Source: Planctomycetales bacterium
GTDB lineage: Bacteria > 4484-113 > JAFGCY01
Assembly: GCA_022646745.1 (NCBI GenBank)
Contig: CP060262.1
Coordinates: forward strand, 1,230,001-1,262,000
Length of the DNA: 32,000 bases
Direction: 5' to 3'
The first letter of the stretch is position 1, and every line of letters begins with the position of its first letter. Shown one piece after another: positions 30,157-32,000 of the stretch. Both the position numbers and the translations under genes were made by a program. The notes beneath the pieces are model-generated. The model saw nothing but the letters and a program-made list of their open reading frames with translations, had not been told where the DNA came from and ran no database searches.

Positions 30157-31527
30157 ATGACTGCACTGCGAGGCAGCCTGATCGGGGCGGCTATGGCCGC
30201 GCTGCTGGCAACACCGGCACTGGCCGGCAATGGCATCGAGGACATCGGCACCACCATCCGTGAACTGGGGCGCGGCGGCACCTTCATCGGTGCCGAGGGC
30301 GAGGTCGGTTCGATGATGGGCAACCCGGCCGCCCTGGCCTGGCTGCGGGAGTCCGAGTTCTACCTCGACGGCCGGCTCTGGCAGTCGCAGCTGGACTACA
30401 GCGGAGCGCTCAACGGCATCGGGCAGAAGGAGAACTACGTAGTTCCCAACATCGGCTATGCCGCTCCGGTGGACTGCCGCCTGAGCTGGGGCCTTGGTGT
30501 GTTCACCACCGTCAACTCATCCTTCAGGGTGACGGACTACGACCTGAGCCTGCTTGGTGCCCCGGCCGGGACCACGGACCGCAGCAGCACTAAGGTGCGC
30601 TTCGCCGTGATCACCCCTTCCATAGCCTACAAGCTCAGTGACGACACTGCCATCGGCGCTTCGCTGCATTACACCAACGGCAGCGCGGACTTCCAGGGCT
30701 ACAACATCCTCGGGGATACCCTGGGCTACAGCCTGAACGGCCCGAGTGGTTCCGGCCATATGCTGCGGCTTGGCCTGTCCCACCGTGCAGATGAGCAGAC
30801 CACGCTCGGAGCCTATTGGCGCAGCCGCAGCCACCTCGACATCAGCGGTGGCGACCTCGCCTTCGGTGCGCTGACACCGACGCCGGGCGTTGTCATCCCG
30901 GAGACGGGCATCGAGGGCTTCCAGTTCCCCGAGCAGTACGGTGTCGGCATCCGGCATGAGGCTGACGAGGAATGGACCTGGATGGCGGACTACCGCAGGC
31001 TGCTGTGGAGCGGCAGCGGTGAGACGATCAGCTTCGTGCCGTCGCAGGGACCGCCGCTTGGTCTTGCAATGGACTGGAGCGACCAGGATGTGTACGCGCT
31101 CGGCGCGGAGTACAGCCCGGGCTGCGGCGACGACACCTGGCGCTTCGGCCTGAATTACGCGGCCTCCCCGGTGCCGGACAGCACGCTCAGCCCGCTCTAT
31201 CCTGCTATCAGTGAATGGCATTACACGATGGGCTGGGAGGGTGAAGTCGCTGACAACCTGAGCCTGCTGACCGGCGCGGTCTATTCACCGTCCGTCAGCC
31301 GCAGCTCGGCAGTTGGCAATCCGTTCAATGACCTGCTGGGCATGGGCCAGCCGTTCCAGCTGAGCCTTGACAACCTGGAACTCGGCATCGGCCTGAGCTG
31401 GAAGCTGGGCAGCGGCGGTTCGGGCCGCAGCACGGTTGACAACGACTGCGATGGCTGCCATTGCAAGGAATGCTGCGACTGCGAATGCGGCTGCGGGGCG
31501 GAAGGCTACGCCGCACTGTCAGAGTAG
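30157..31527 (+). CDS. FadL/OmpP1-family outer-membrane transport protein with a Cys-cluster C-terminal tail
   Basis: The ORF track gives 30118-31527. The Met at 30157 has SD ggagg and starts the signal MTALRGSLIGAAMAALLATPALA. The N-terminal region is FadL-like (GRGGTFIGAEGEVGSMMGNPAALAWL). The tail, CDGCHCKECCDCECGCG, has 8 Cys within 17 residues (31447-31494). Confidence 0.7.
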   Translation: MTALRGSLIGAAMAALLATPALAGNGIEDIGTTIRELGRGGTFIGAEGEVGSMMGNPAALAWLRESEFYLDGRLWQSQLDYSGALNGIGQKENYVVPNIGYAAPVDCRLSWGLGVFTTVNSSFRVTDYDLSLLGAPAGTTDRSSTKVRFAVITPSIAYKLSDDTAIGASLHYTNGSADFQGYNILGDTLGYSLNGPSGSGHMLRLGLSHRADEQTTLGAYWRSRSHLDISGGDLAFGALTPTPGVVIPETGIEGFQFPEQYGVGIRHEADEEWTWMADYRRLLWSGSGETISFVPSQGPPLGLAMDWSDQDVYALGAEYSPGCGDDTWRFGLNYAASPVPDSTLSPLYPAISEWHYTMGWEGEVADNLSLLTGAVYSPSVSRSSAVGNPFNDLLGMGQPFQLSLDNLELGIGLSWKLGSGGSGRSTVDNDCDGCHCKECCDCECGCGAEGYAALSE

Positions 31528-31646
31528 GGAAGCTGCGATCCCGCGGGGCGGGACTGTCGCACAATGGTCCTCTGACTCCGGCAGTAACTGAATCCGGCCA
31601 CTTATCAGGCAGGTAACATTCATGGCCGCTGCTGCATCCATTCAGC

Positions 31647-32000
31647 ATGGGTGACGCTGCGTGGATGCTGGGCACGACGGTGCTGCTGCAATACTTCATC
31701 TGGCTGGCAATTGAGCCGCGCACCCGCAGTTACGAGGGTTTCGTCTGGTCGATCCTGCACGCAATCCTGATCGGTGTGCTGAGCATGCCGTTGTACGGAT
31801 TCCTGTCATACACGGGGTGCTACTTCGGCCCGCCACCGGCGGCCTGGTGGGTGAATGCCAGCCTGCCGGCGATGTGCTTCAGCCTGTTCCTGGTGGCGAT
31901 GCTGGTCAGCGCATTCTCGCGTACACGCTGGGTCAGGCTGCAGGGGCTGATCCTTGGCCTGGCATGCTGCAGCTGGGCGGTGGTCTGGCACCTGCCCTTC
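31647..32000 (+). CDS. hypothetical membrane protein, 5' partial (runs off the window)
   Basis: An open frame with no stop from the ATG at 31647 to the window end (118 codons, my own translation MGDAAWMLGTTVLLQYFIWLA...). It is hydrophobic. An in-frame TAA lies at 31614. It is not in the ORF track because it has no stop codon. Confidence 0.5.
   Translation, partial: MGDAAWMLGTTVLLQYFIWLAIEPRTRSYEGFVWSILHAILIGVLSMPLYGFLSYTGCYFGPPPAAWWVNASLPAMCFSLFLVAMLVSAFSRTRWVRLQGLILGLACCSWAVVWHLPF

Overview
The window is about 60% GC and looks bacterial and diderm: it has lipoprotein signal peptides, a FadL-type outer-membrane barrel and a TolB-like propeller. Most genes encode exported or surface proteins. 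I saw no rRNA, CRISPR array, transposase or integrase.

Layout:
- 108-4571: housekeeping genes (a trans-sulfuration-family PLP enzyme and folC), plus a visibly low-GC lipoprotein gene and a secreted HExxH protein.
- 4594-13704 (- strand): four tandem paralogous lipoprotein genes of about 735-765 aa.
- 13749-13822: tRNA-Gln(CUG).
- 14007-18588: a TetR regulator and a 1246-aa cohesin-like/dockerin/5xPKD lipoprotein.
- 18857-20396: three tandem copies of a two-gene module.
- 20642-24890: hypothetical exported proteins and a TolB-like/cyclophilin fusion.
- 25021-26309: two signal-peptide proteins built from KCGC repeats, metallothionein-like.
- 26461-32000: a DUF4332-like protein, a zinc-ribbon membrane protein, a stand-alone Clp_N protein, an EamA transporter, a FadL-like porin with a Cys-cluster tail, and a partial membrane-protein ORF.

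The best candidate for an undescribed system is the tripled module at 18857-20396. Each copy pairs a small lipoprotein with an exactly 43-aa peptide. The three peptide ORFs fall below the ORF-track length cutoff. Their conserved 29 C-terminal codons differ between copies 1 and 2 only at synonymous sites.

Other notable points:
- Exported Cys-cluster proteins at three loci.
- A recurrent twin-cysteine lipobox.
- At least six genes carry a -10-like hexamer exactly 6 nt upstream of the start codon, which suggests leaderless mRNAs.

All functional calls come from motif recognition by eye. No database search was run.
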